Shown piece after piece: positions 1 through 10,195 of a stretch of 60,363 bases of DNA. A program made the position numbers and the translations under genes. The first letter of the stretch is position 1. Every line of letters begins with the position of its first letter. The stretch lies in NCBI GenBank assembly GCA_039920505.1, contig JBDSDO010000109.1, positions 1 to 60,363 of the forward strand. The letters run 5' to 3'. Source of the stretch: Terrimesophilobacter sp. GTDB taxonomy: Bacteria > Actinomycetota > Actinomycetes > Actinomycetales > Microbacteriaceae. The notes under the pieces were generated by a model, which searched no databases, was not told the origin of the DNA, and saw only the letters and a program-made list of their open reading frames with translations.

Positions 1-359
1 ACCGCGCCAATACCCCACCGAGTCGACAGCAGGTGCAGTTGGAGGAAGAACAGCGGGAAGACCAGAAACGCCGCATCCGGGCTCAACGCCGCCAAGACCA
101 GGGCCAACACGGACAACACCAGCAGCCAGCCGAGCTGCCCGACCCGGCTCACCCCGGTGCGGGCGAGGATTGCGCCGAGGATGTAAAAGGCGAGGAATAG
201 CAAGGCGAGCGCGACGATCCAGGATGCTCGTGGCTGCGGCGCCGTGAGAGCGCGCACGATGACGAAGCCGGTGAGCAGTGTGATGAGGGTGTGGAGACAG
301 ATCCGCAGGCCCAGGAAGATGGGCGTGAGTGGTGCTGCCGATTGCGCGGAGTCGGTCAC
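1..359 (-). CDS. Membrane sensor histidine kinase, N-terminal part (runs off the window)
   Basis: Not in the ORF track. Manual translation from GTG at 359 gives a hydrophobic multi-TM protein (...GWLLVLSVLALVLAALSPDAAFLVFPLFFLQLHLL...) resembling the sensor region of actinobacterial HisKA_3 kinases. Divergent from the MMPL gene; TAGGCT -10 lies 7 nt upstream. Confidence 0.6.
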   Translation of the reverse strand, partial: MTDSAQSAAPLTPIFLGLRICLHTLITLLTGFVIVRALTAPQPRASWIVALALLFLAFYILGAILARTGVSRVGQLGWLLVLSVLALVLAALSPDAAFLVFPLFFLQLHLLSTRWGIGA

Positions 360-488
360 GGATACCAGCCTAAGCAACCGCGAGGATCTGCGGCATCCAT
401 CGAAAGACGCAATCGACCGTGCACCGTGCGTGCATATTCACACTTTCGAACGATGCGGGGCCGAGACGCCATACGTAGCGTAGTGGAA

Positions 489-2684
489 ATGAGCAAGCTC
501 GCAACGCGCCCCGCGCCAATCGCGTCCTCCCGCCGTCCTGGCCTGGTTCCTCGGTGGCTTCGCATCGTGATCCCAGTCGCGCTCGTCGCCGTGTGGCTTG
601 CAGTCGCCGGACTGGGCGGTTCCGCATTCGGGCAGATCAACCAGGTCGCCACTAACGATCAGAGTCAGCAATTGCCGGCCAGCGCCGAGGCGACCAGTGT
701 GCAACGCCTGCAGGCGGGCTTCCGCGACGGCGACGTGATCCCCGCAGTGCTCGTCTACCAGCGCGCATCAGGTCTGACCGCCGCAGACCTCCGGTTCGTG
801 GAGGACAAGCTCGCCTCATTCGCCACGCTGGACGGCGTCGCGGAGGAGGGCGCGTCGCCGGCGATCGTCTCCGATGACGGACAGGCCGCTGAGGCGTTCG
901 TGTCCCTCGACACGACAGTCAAGGTAAGCACGACCGTGGGCTCGATGCGCGCCCAGCTCGCCAATGGTGCGCCGCAGGGGCTGTCCGCCTACGTGACTGG
1001 CCCGGCCGGCCTCAGCGCCGACATCGTGGGCGCGTTCAGCGGGATCGACGGTCTACTTCTTCTTGTGGCCCTCGCGGCGGTGTTCGTCATCCTCATCGTC
1101 GTCTACCGGTCGCCGATGCTGCCGTTCATCGTGCTCGGGACCAGCCTGTTTGCGCTCACCGCGGCGGTGGCGGTCGTGGTCGCGCTCGCGAAGGCCGGCG
1201 TGCTCCTGCTCAGCGGTCAGACCCAAGGCATCCTGTTCATTTTGGTGATCGGTGCAGCCACGGACTATTCACTGCTGTACGTCGCGCGCTACCGGGAGGC
1301 GCTGCGCGATCACGCTCGGCGGTGGGATGCCACCTGGGCGGCGCTGCGCGGCTCGGCCGAGCCCATCCTCGCCTCCGGCGGCACCATTATCGCGGCGCTT
1401 ATGATCTTGCTGCTCAGCGATTTGAACTCGAACAAGGCAATGGGACCGGTCGCGGCGATCGGAATCGCTTTTGCGGTGATCGCCGCGCTCACCTTCCTGC
1501 CGGCCGTGATGCTCGGCGCCGGTCGGGCTGCCTTCTGGCCTCTGCGGCCGGGATTTGGCTCCTCGCATCCGGCGTTTGTGGGGAAGAAGCCGAAGGGCGT
1601 CTGGCAGCGCCTGGCGCGCTTGATCGCTCGCCGGCCCAGGATGATCTGGGTGTCCAGCGTTCTGATCCTCGCGATCGCCGCCTTGGGAATGCTTCAACTG
1701 AAGGCCGATGGAGTGTCGCAAAGCGAGTTCGTGCTCGGCGCATCCCAGGCTCGTGACGGGCAGGCTGTGTTGGGCGCGCACTTCCCCGGCGGGTCAGGAA
1801 CCCCAGCGGTGATCATCGCCCCGGCGACTCGGCTGGACGAGGTGGGCCCGCAGATTCTTTCCACGCCGGGAGTGGCGTCGCTCGCGGTCTTGTCGGATGG
1901 TTCCCGCAGCGGCTCCCTGCCGGTGACCGCGGACGGAGTGCAAGCTCAGGGCCGGTCCGGCACGCCAGCGCCGTTACCCACTGTGGTAGGCGGAAACGTC
2001 CTGCTACAGGCCACGCTTGAGGACGCCGGAGACTCACCTGACGCGGAACGGACGGTGGCAACCTTGCGGTCCGAGTTGCACAGCGCCTACGGCGATACCG
2101 TGCAGGTGGGCGGAGTCACGGCAATCGCGTTGGACTCGAATGCCGCCGCCATCCACGACAGGACGCTGGTCATCCCGCTCGTGCTCGGCGCCATCCTGTT
2201 GATCCTCATGCTGTTGCTGCGCTCGGTAGTCGCGCCGGTGCTGCTGGTGTTCAGTGTCGTTCTCTCGTTCGGCGCGGCGCTCGGGGTGTCGTCGCTGGTC
2301 TTCAACGGTATTCTCAGGTTTCCCGGCGCCGATCCCTCAGTGCCCTTGTTCGGATTCGTGTTCCTCGTCGCGCTCGGTATCGACTACAACATCTTCCTGA
2401 TGACGCGGGTTCGGGAGGAATCGGCCACCCGCGGCACTCGTGAGGGCATCCTGCACGGGCTGGCCGCGACCGGCGGCGTGATCACCTCGGCAGGACTCGT
2501 GCTGGCGGCGACGTTCGCCGCCCTCGGGGTGCTGCCGATCCTCTTCCTCGCTCAGATCTCCTTCATCGTCGCGTTCGGGGTGCTGATCGACACGTTCCTG
2601 GTGCGTTCGTTGCTGGTTCCGGCACTGAGCTTCGACATCGGCAGGCGTATCTGGTGGCCAAGCAACCTAGGCAGGGCAGACTGA
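489..2684 (+). CDS. MMPL/RND-family transporter
   Basis: Two TM bundles with GAATDYSLL and ALGIDYNIFLMTRVREE motifs. ATG at 489 is preferred over 291 because TAGCGT lies 7 nt upstream (leaderless). Confidence 0.92.
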   Translation: MSKLATRPAPIASSRRPGLVPRWLRIVIPVALVAVWLAVAGLGGSAFGQINQVATNDQSQQLPASAEATSVQRLQAGFRDGDVIPAVLVYQRASGLTAADLRFVEDKLASFATLDGVAEEGASPAIVSDDGQAAEAFVSLDTTVKVSTTVGSMRAQLANGAPQGLSAYVTGPAGLSADIVGAFSGIDGLLLLVALAAVFVILIVVYRSPMLPFIVLGTSLFALTAAVAVVVALAKAGVLLLSGQTQGILFILVIGAATDYSLLYVARYREALRDHARRWDATWAALRGSAEPILASGGTIIAALMILLLSDLNSNKAMGPVAAIGIAFAVIAALTFLPAVMLGAGRAAFWPLRPGFGSSHPAFVGKKPKGVWQRLARLIARRPRMIWVSSVLILAIAALGMLQLKADGVSQSEFVLGASQARDGQAVLGAHFPGGSGTPAVIIAPATRLDEVGPQILSTPGVASLAVLSDGSRSGSLPVTADGVQAQGRSGTPAPLPTVVGGNVLLQATLEDAGDSPDAERTVATLRSELHSAYGDTVQVGGVTAIALDSNAAAIHDRTLVIPLVLGAILLILMLLLRSVVAPVLLVFSVVLSFGAALGVSSLVFNGILRFPGADPSVPLFGFVFLVALGIDYNIFLMTRVREESATRGTREGILHGLAATGGVITSAGLVLAATFAALGVLPILFLAQISFIVAFGVLIDTFLVRSLLVPALSFDIGRRIWWPSNLGRAD

Positions 2685-2713
2685 GACACATCTCACGGAG
2701 TCAGCCACGCGGA

Positions 2714-3250
2714 CTAGGGCAGTGGGCGCACCGGCAGCAACACGGAGTGCGGAATGCCCCAGAGGTACTTCAGCGGCGACACGTACTGCCCGTACAGACG
2801 CACTCCGAAGTGCAGACACGTCGCCGGACAGTGTCCCGGCAGGAGAGTGCCAACCGGCTCGCCGCGGCGAACTACGTCGCCGGCCGCCAGTGGCGAGACC
2901 ACCGGCTCGAAGCTCGACATCAGCCCATCCGGATGCCGGATCGATAGCGTCGGCCGGTCCACGACTACCCCGGCAAAATACACCTCGCCGGCGGCCGGTG
3001 AGTACACCACAGCCCCCGCAGGCGCTGCGACGTCGATACCCCGATGTCCTGGACCGAACGGCGTCGCCGGCGCGGCAAACGGCTTCACCACGCGCCACGG
3101 CGGGTCGACGGGCCAGTGCCAGCGTTGGGTTGCAGGTGAGGGTGCCGCCCCCGCGGCGGGCGGTGCGGCAGACCACAGCAGTGGCACCACGAGTGCGAGC
3201 ATGGCAGCCAGACCGACAAGCCGGATCGGTCGGGTTCGCGGGAGCGGCAT
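2714..3250 (-). CDS. M23 family metallopeptidase (EnvC-like, secreted)
   Basis: Signal peptide, WPV motif, GHRGID and CLHFG motifs; usual position divergent from rpsB. Confidence 0.85.
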   Translation of the reverse strand: MPLPRTRPIRLVGLAAMLALVVPLLWSAAPPAAGAAPSPATQRWHWPVDPPWRVVKPFAAPATPFGPGHRGIDVAAPAGAVVYSPAAGEVYFAGVVVDRPTLSIRHPDGLMSSFEPVVSPLAAGDVVRRGEPVGTLLPGHCPATCLHFGVRLYGQYVSPLKYLWGIPHSVLLPVRPLP

Positions 3251-3383
3251 GGACCCAGTGTGCGTCGCGATATCCGCGGCGCCTGTGCGTTGACGTCCGA
3301 ATGCGTGATGTTCGCCGCGGTTGCACCCTGTGGAGGAGAGGTGCTGTCCCCCGGTGGACGCTTCGCCGTTCCGCAGCGCCGGA

Positions 3384-3392
3384 TGATATAGT
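3384..3392 (+). promoter_or_regulatory. Extended -10 promoter of rpsB-tsf (TGaTATAGT)
   Basis: TG-n-TATAGT about 210 nt upstream of the rpsB start. Confidence 0.6.
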
Positions 3393-3397
3393 TTCCG

Positions 3398-3603
3398 GAG
3401 CATCTCGAGCGATCGGGGTGACTACGCGTGCCCACGTGCGTTCTGCAACGCGGCTACCGCTTCCGTCAGTCCCTAAAGTCATGTGAATGATCAGGGCGGG
3501 AGCGTGCCGGGCACCAGGATTGGCCACCGACCGGTGCCCATAAACAACTGAGAAACGGATGCACCCCGCCTTGCGGGCGTGCGCCCAGAGAAGGAGACGG
3601 CTC
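3398..3603 (+). promoter_or_regulatory. Structured rpsB 5' leader, probable S2 autogenous operator
   Basis: Long leader with GTGCCC(3428-3433)/GGGCAC(3509-3514) pairing, hairpins at 3471-3496 and 3561-3582, and AAGGAG SD. Confidence 0.55.
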
Positions 3604-4641
3604 ATGGCCGTTGTCACCATTCGCCAGCTGCTCGATAGCGGCGTCCACTTCGGCCACCAGACCCGCCGGTGGAACCCGAAGATGAAGCGCTTTATCCTCA
3701 CCGAGCGCAGCGGCAGCCACATCATCGATCTGCAGCAGTCGCTTGCCTACATCGACAAGACCTACGACTACGTCAAGGAGACCGTCGCCCACGGCGGCAC
3801 GGTGCTTTTCGTCGGCACCAAGAAGCAAGCGCAGGGTTCAATCGCGGAGCAGGCACAGCGCGTCGGCCAGCCGTTCGTCAACCAGCGTTGGCTCGGCGGG
3901 CTGCTGACGAACTTCCAGACGGTGAGCAAGCGACTGGCCCGCATGAAGGAACTCGAAGAAATCGACTTCGACGACACCACGACCGGCTTCACGAAGAAAG
4001 AGCTTCTGATCAAGAAGCGCGAACTCGACAAGCTGCACAAGAGCCTGGGCGGCATCAGGAACCTGACCAAGACCCCGTCAGCACTCTGGGTCGTCGACAC
4101 GAAGAAAGAGCACCTCGCCATCGACGAGGCCCGCAAGCTCGGTATCCCCGTGATCGCGATCCTCGACACCAACTGCGACCCCGACGAAGTGCAGTACCCG
4201 ATTCCGGGCAACGACGACGCCATCCGTTCGGTCGGCCTGCTCACCCGCATCATCGCGGATGCCGCAGCCGAGGGCCTCATCCAGCGCCACCAGAAGTCCG
4301 AGGACGACGGTGCACCTGCCGAGCCGCTCGCCGCCTGGGAAGCTGAACTGCTCGCCGGAGATGCAGCTGGTGCGCAGAGTGCTCCTGCGGATGCGTCGTC
4401 CGCCACCACAGACGCCGCGCCAGCCGCCGAGACGGCCCTAGCACCAGAGGCGGCCCCTGCCGCGGAGGCAGCCCCGGCCACCGAAGCAGTCCCAGCCACC
4501 GAAGCCGCGCCTGTCACGGACGCCGCTCCTGCCGCCGAGACCACCGCCCCGACGGCGGAGGAAGTCTCAGCACCGGAAGCGCCCGCCGCTGACGAGGCCG
4601 CCGCACCGTCCGAAACCACCGCAACAGAAGAGGTCAAGTAA
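3604..4641 (+). CDS. rpsB: 30S ribosomal protein S2
   Basis: [38 protein letters not shown] and DTNCDPD motifs; AAGGAG SD before ATG 3604. Confidence 0.99.
   Translation: MAVVTIRQLLDSGVHFGHQTRRWNPKMKRFILTERSGSHIIDLQQSLAYIDKTYDYVKETVAHGGTVLFVGTKKQAQGSIAEQAQRVGQPFVNQRWLGGLLTNFQTVSKRLARMKELEEIDFDDTTTGFTKKELLIKKRELDKLHKSLGGIRNLTKTPSALWVVDTKKEHLAIDEARKLGIPVIAILDTNCDPDEVQYPIPGNDDAIRSVGLLTRIIADAAAEGLIQRHQKSEDDGAPAEPLAAWEAELLAGDAAGAQSAPADASSATTDAAPAAETALAPEAAPAAEAAPATEAVPATEAAPVTDAAPAAETTAPTAEEVSAPEAPAADEAAAPSETTATEEVK
4414..4539 (+). repeat. Seven degenerate 18-bp tandem units encoding AAPAAE-like hexapeptides in the S2 tail
   Basis: [42 protein letters not shown]. Confidence 0.8.
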
Positions 4642-5471
4642 TGGCGAATTTTTCCGCCGCTGACGTCAAAGCGCTGCGTGATCGCACCGGTGCCGGAATG
4701 CTCGATTGCAAGAATGCTCTCGTCGCCTCAGAGGGCGACGTGGAGAAAGCGATCGAGTTCATCAGGATCAAGGGACTCAAGGGCGTCGCCAAGCGCGGCG
4801 GCCGCACCACCTCCGACGGTCTCGTTACCGGCACGGCGAGCGAGGGGTACGCCACCCTGATCGAACTGGCCAGCGAGACCGACTTCGTCGCGAAGAACGA
4901 CAAGTTCATTGCGCTGGCCGACAAGGTCTTGGTCGCAGTAGCGGCATCCGGGGCGGCGACTGTCGACGAGGGGAACGCCGCGAAGGCGGGAGGGACCACC
5001 GTGTCCGATGTCGTCACGGACGGTGCCTCAGTGCTGGCGGAGAAGATTGAGCTGCGGCGCGTCGCCAAGGTGACCGGTGAGCGCTTCGAAATCTACCTCC
5101 ACAAGACGAGCAAGGACCTGCCGCCGCAAGTCGGCGTTATTGTCGCTTACACCGGCGACGATGCGCAGACGGCACGCAGTATCGCCCAGCACATCGCGTT
5201 CGCAGACCCGCAATATTTGACCCGTGACGACGTGCCTGCCGACATCGTCGCGCACGAGCGTGCCATCATCACCGAGACGACGAAGAACGAAGGCAAGCCC
5301 GAAGCGGCGCTGCCCAAGATCGTCGAGGGCCGGTTGACCGGTTTCTTCAAGCAGATCGCACTTCTCGATCAGGACTATGCCAAGGACAGCAAGCTGTCAG
5401 TGAAGCGAGTGCTGACGGATGCTGGACTCACTGTGACGGGGTTCGCCCGTCTCAAGGTTGGGGCCGAATAA
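4641..5471 (+). CDS. tsf: Elongation factor Ts
   Basis: VKALRDRTGAGMLDCKNAL and ETDFVAK motifs; TAATG overlap with rpsB. Confidence 0.99.
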   Translation: MANFSAADVKALRDRTGAGMLDCKNALVASEGDVEKAIEFIRIKGLKGVAKRGGRTTSDGLVTGTASEGYATLIELASETDFVAKNDKFIALADKVLVAVAASGAATVDEGNAAKAGGTTVSDVVTDGASVLAEKIELRRVAKVTGERFEIYLHKTSKDLPPQVGVIVAYTGDDAQTARSIAQHIAFADPQYLTRDDVPADIVAHERAIITETTKNEGKPEAALPKIVEGRLTGFFKQIALLDQDYAKDSKLSVKRVLTDAGLTVTGFARLKVGAE

Positions 5472-5478
5472 CCTGTAA

Positions 5479-6216
<738 letters not shown>

Positions 6217-6256
6217 CCTCCCGCTAAACTCGTCTCGGACCCCTAAGGAGATCTCA

Positions 6257-6811
6257 GTGATCAGCGATGTACTGGCCGAGGCCAAAGAAAAGATGCGTAA
6301 GGCCGTCGAGGTCGCCAAAGACGACTTCAGCAGCGTGCGCACGGGACGTGCCAACCCGGCGTTGTTCCAGAAGCTACTCGTGGACTACTACGGCACTCCG
6401 ACACCACTCGGGCAGCTTGCCGGGCTGCACAACAGCGATGCGAGGACGCTGCTGATCACGCCGTACGACAAGGGCGCGCTCAAAGAGATCGAGAAATCCA
6501 TCGTCGCCGCGGCGAACCTGGGCGCAAGCGTCGGCAACGACGGCACTGTGGTCCGGGCGACCCTGCCGTAACTCACCCAGGACCGTCGCAAGGAATTCGT
6601 GAAGATTGTGCGCAGCAAGGCCGAAGATGCGAAGGTGGCGATCCGCAACATCCGACGCAAGGCGAAGGATGACCTCGATGCGTCGAAGGCAGACGTCGGG
6701 GACGACGAAGTGGCTCGTGCCGAGAAGGAGCTCGAGGCGTCCACGAAAGCGCAGGTCGACGCGATCGACGAGGCGTTGCGTAAGAAGGAAGCGGAGCTCC
6801 TCGAGGTCTAG
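6257..6811 (+). CDS. frr: Ribosome recycling factor, interrupted by in-frame TAA at 6569-6571 (probable GAA>TAA)
   Basis: RTGRANP and VDYYG, then [11 protein letters not shown] continuing in the same frame to IRNIRRKA...KKEAELLEV; AAGGAG SD. Confidence 0.95.
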
Positions 6812-7798
6812 ATGGCGCACCATTCGGAGGGCCCAAGGTCTCGACCGATGTTGCGTCGCTGGTTTCTGAAGCGTGCCGACCTCGAGGCGCGTGCGCACGC
6901 GACGAGCGCGGACATCCGTGCCCAAGTGAAGGCGACCAGGGCGCAAATCGACGAGGCCAACGTCAAGATCCAGGCCAAAACCGGTCGTAACCTGCCTCTG
7001 GCCATTCTGATCGGCCTCGCCCTCGGCGGATCGATGCTGGTCAGCCTGTTGGTGATCAAGTCGCTGTTCATGATCGTGGCGGCGGTGCTGGTCGGTTTCA
7101 CCGCGTTCGAGTTGGCCAAGGCGTTGCGCTTCGCCGGGCGGGACGTGCCGCGCTGGCCCACCGTCATCGCCGCGCTGGCGACCGTTCCTGCCGCGTTTTA
7201 TCTCGGCGATCAAGGCAAGTGGTTGGTGACGCTCGGCGGCGTCCTCTTCGTGGCCCTGTGGCGCGTGGCTGACCTGGTTCGTCCCACGCATCGCGGCAGT
7301 GCGAGCGCGGTGTGGGCGGATATCGCCGCCGGCACGTTCGTTCAGGTCTACGTGCCATTCTTGGCCGGTTTTGCGGTGCTGCTTACCGCGAAACCGTCCG
7401 GGCAGTGGTGGACCATGGCCTTCCTCATCGTGGTCGTTGTGGTGGACACGGGCGCGTACGCGACGGGAATGTCGTTCGGGAAGCACAAGATGGCGCCACG
7501 CATCAGCCCGAAGAAGACCTGGGAAGGCTTCGCCGGCTCTGCTGTCGCCGGCTTGATCGCGGCGGTGCTGCTGTCGGTGTTCATGTTGCGGATGCCCATC
7601 TGGTTCGGCTTCGTGTTCGGTGCGACAATGCTGTTCACCGCCACCGTTGGCGACCTGATGGAGTCGCTCATCAAACGCGATCTGGGGATCAAAGACATCA
7701 GCACCTGGCTGCCGGGACACGGCGGGTTCCTCGATCGCATGGACTCGATTCTGCCGAGCGCCCTGGCGGCCTACATTTTGTTCTTGATCTTCGCGTGA
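6812..7798 (+). CDS. cdsA: Phosphatidate cytidylyltransferase
   Basis: SPKKTWEG and ESLIKRDLGIKD...PGHGGFLDRMDS signature. Confidence 0.97.
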   Translation: MAHHSEGPRSRPMLRRWFLKRADLEARAHATSADIRAQVKATRAQIDEANVKIQAKTGRNLPLAILIGLALGGSMLVSLLVIKSLFMIVAAVLVGFTAFELAKALRFAGRDVPRWPTVIAALATVPAAFYLGDQGKWLVTLGGVLFVALWRVADLVRPTHRGSASAVWADIAAGTFVQVYVPFLAGFAVLLTAKPSGQWWTMAFLIVVVVVDTGAYATGMSFGKHKMAPRISPKKTWEGFAGSAVAGLIAAVLLSVFMLRMPIWFGFVFGATMLFTATVGDLMESLIKRDLGIKDISTWLPGHGGFLDRMDSILPSALAAYILFLIFA

Positions 7799-7842
7799 GC
7801 GTCGTCTCTGATCTCCCGCGTTTTGTGCGGCAGAATGGACCG

Positions 7843-8394
7843 GTGAGCACAACCTTTCCACGTACACGTCGTTCTCGGCGAGGCTACAACGTCGAACAGG
7901 TCGAAGAGTTCCTGGAGGAGGCGCGCCGCGCCTACGCCACGCCGCCAGGCGAGCCGGTCGGCGTCAGCGCCGAGAGCATCAGACATACCGCCTTCTCCCT
8001 GAGACGCGGAGGATATTCGCCTAGCCATGTGGATGCCGCTCTGGAGCGACTGGAAGACGCCTTCGCGACCAGGGAGCGGGAGCAGGCTCTGCTCACCGAA
8101 GGAGAAGGTGCCTGGTATGCGCAGGCCAGGCAGATCGCCCAAGACATCGTCGACCGGGTGTCCCGGCCGCCATTGCACCGGTTCGCGCGGGCCGGCATCC
8201 TTACCGACGGCTACGACCGCAGGGAGGTCGACGCGTTCGCCAATCGGATGCTCAGGTACTTTGAAGACAAGCTCGTGATGACCGTCGATGAGGTGCGCAC
8301 AGTCGCGTTTAGGCCCCGGAAACACGGCTATCGGGAGGCCCAGGTAGACCTGCTTCTCGACAGTGCCATCAGGGTCATGCAGGCGGTGCGATGA
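7843..8394 (+). CDS. Tandem DivIVA-domain protein
   Basis: Repeated GYxxxxVD motifs (GYNVEQVE, GYSPSHVD, GYDRREVD, GYREAQVD). GTG at 7843 with CAGAAT 6 nt upstream. Confidence 0.88.
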   Translation: MSTTFPRTRRSRRGYNVEQVEEFLEEARRAYATPPGEPVGVSAESIRHTAFSLRRGGYSPSHVDAALERLEDAFATREREQALLTEGEGAWYAQARQIAQDIVDRVSRPPLHRFARAGILTDGYDRREVDAFANRMLRYFEDKLVMTVDEVRTVAFRPRKHGYREAQVDLLLDSAIRVMQAVR

Positions 8395-8441
8395 CCCGGA
8401 CTGGCGAATTCGCAGCCGACGTGCGCTAATATCGGCACATC

Positions 8442-9089
8442 GTGGGTAGGCATACGGATGTTGTGGTGCGGTCGGCGCCCTCAGGTGCGGCAGTAACCCT
8501 TTTCCCGACCCCACTTCGTCGCAGGTATTCCCTGCCGGGGCTTGCGTTCGCCATCGCCTTCATCTTCATCCTCGTCTACATGATCGTGCCCGATCCCGCC
8601 GACTCGGCCTCTGCGATCCAGTGGGCGCAAGCGGGAACCTCCGAAGGACAGACCCTCGCGATCGCGCAGGGCGGGGTCACGGCCAACGTCGTCCGGGACG
8701 CATACGGCGTCTCCAAGAAGGTTGTGCCGCCTCCGCCTCCTGCCGCCCCGACTCGAAAGTCGGGTGCACCCGCAGCCGGCACGCCCAACCCCGGATCCGC
8801 TCAGGCGATCGCCCACGGTATGGTGCTTGCCCGTGGCTGGGGTGAAGACCAGTACAGCTGCCTCGTCGCGCTGTGGAACCGTGAATCGCACTGGAACGTG
8901 TATGCCTACAACCCCAGCGGCGCGTACGGCATCCCCCAGGCGCTCCCTGGCAGCAAAATGGCCTCCGCCGGCGCCGACTGGCAGACGAACCCCGCCACGC
9001 AAATCACCTGGGGACTCGGCTACATCACCGGCCGGTATGGTACTCCGTGCGGGGCCTGGGCAGCCTCTCAGGCCAAAGGCTGGTACTGA
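8442..9089 (+). CDS. Membrane-anchored lytic transglycosylase (SLT-like)
   Basis: TM segment, Pro-rich linker, and CLVALWNRESHW, GAYGIPQALP, QITWGLGYI, GWY motifs. Confidence 0.9.
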   Translation: MGRHTDVVVRSAPSGAAVTLFPTPLRRRYSLPGLAFAIAFIFILVYMIVPDPADSASAIQWAQAGTSEGQTLAIAQGGVTANVVRDAYGVSKKVVPPPPPAAPTRKSGAPAAGTPNPGSAQAIAHGMVLARGWGEDQYSCLVALWNRESHWNVYAYNPSGAYGIPQALPGSKMASAGADWQTNPATQITWGLGYITGRYGTPCGAWAASQAKGWY

Positions 9090-9145
9090 GCGAACCCCGC
9101 GAGGAACGAAACTCCGTGAAACGGGCGGCGGAATAAGCTGGAGGC

Positions 9146-9442
9146 ATGCCCAGGTCTAACCGTCCACGCCGATCGGTTTCGGGCCGCGATGATGACGAGG
9201 TCGATGTGACCCGCGCCCTGTTCGGGTATCTGCACACCGAGACAAAGCGTGACGGTCTGTGGACAGTGCAATCGCTGGCAGCGGCATCCGCGGTGAAGTA
9301 CTACACCTGCCCAGGATGCGGGATTGAAATCCCGCCGGGGACCGCGCAGATCGTCGCCTGGCGCGCCGACGGGTTGATGGGTGAGGCCGACGACATCGCG
9401 GCCAGGAGACACTGGCACACGCACTGTTGGAAGATCAAGTAG
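9146..9442 (+). CDS. Conserved actinobacterial Zn-finger-like protein (Rv1322-like)
   Basis: YTCPGC...RRHWHTHCW motif; TAAGCT 6 nt upstream of ATG. Confidence 0.8.
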   Translation: MPRSNRPRRSVSGRDDDEVDVTRALFGYLHTETKRDGLWTVQSLAAASAVKYYTCPGCGIEIPPGTAQIVAWRADGLMGEADDIAARRHWHTHCWKIK

Positions 9443-9448
9443 CCACAG

Positions 9449-10168
9449 ATGGACATCAGAAGCGGAGTGGAACTTCCTGCGCGGCGCGAAGACATCGAAC
9501 TGCACACCTCTGACGGGCTCACTCTCGTCGGGGAGTTGGCGTCGCCGTTGACTACACCGCCGTTGGCCACCTTGGTGACATTGCATCCGCTGCCCACCGG
9601 CGGTGGCTTCATGGATTCCCATGTCATCCGCAAGGCCGCAGGCCGTCTGCCAGCCATCGCCGACCTGGCGGTGCTGAGGTTCAACTTCCGCGGGGTATCC
9701 TCGCCGCGGGGCACCTCCCAAGGCGCGTGGGGCAACGGAGTCGACGAGCAGTACGACTTGGCGGCCGCGATGGCATTCGTCGCCGAACGCCGCCTGCCCG
9801 ATCCGTGGCTGCTGGGCTGGTCGTTCGGCACCGAAATTGCCTTGCAATACGGCCGCGCCTATCCGATCGTTGGTGCGATCCTGTTGTCGCCGCCGCTAAA
9901 ACGCACGAGCGACGATGAACTTGCGGCTTGGGCGGGCAGCGGGAAACGCCTGGTTGCCGTGGTTCCCGAACTCGACACCTATTTGCGTCCAGAGGAGGCC
10001 AGGCGGCGTTTTGCTGCCGTGCCAGAAGCCGAGGTGGTGGCCGTTGAAGGAGGCAAGCACCTGTGGGTGGGGGAGCAGCAGACCCGACGGGTGCTCACCG
10101 AGATTCTGACGCGAGTCAACCCTTCGGCACTGCCGATGCCCGTGGAATGGGCCGATGCGCCAGCCTGA
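9449..10168 (+). CDS. Alpha/beta hydrolase
   Basis: HPLPTGGGFMD, RFNFRG and GWSFG nucleophile elbow; catalytic His in GGKHLW. Confidence 0.88.
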   Translation: MDIRSGVELPARREDIELHTSDGLTLVGELASPLTTPPLATLVTLHPLPTGGGFMDSHVIRKAAGRLPAIADLAVLRFNFRGVSSPRGTSQGAWGNGVDEQYDLAAAMAFVAERRLPDPWLLGWSFGTEIALQYGRAYPIVGAILLSPPLKRTSDDELAAWAGSGKRLVAVVPELDTYLRPEEARRRFAAVPEAEVVAVEGGKHLWVGEQQTRRVLTEILTRVNPSALPMPVEWADAPA

Positions 10169-10195
10169 CCCAGTGTCGGTGCGAAAACGCGTTTC

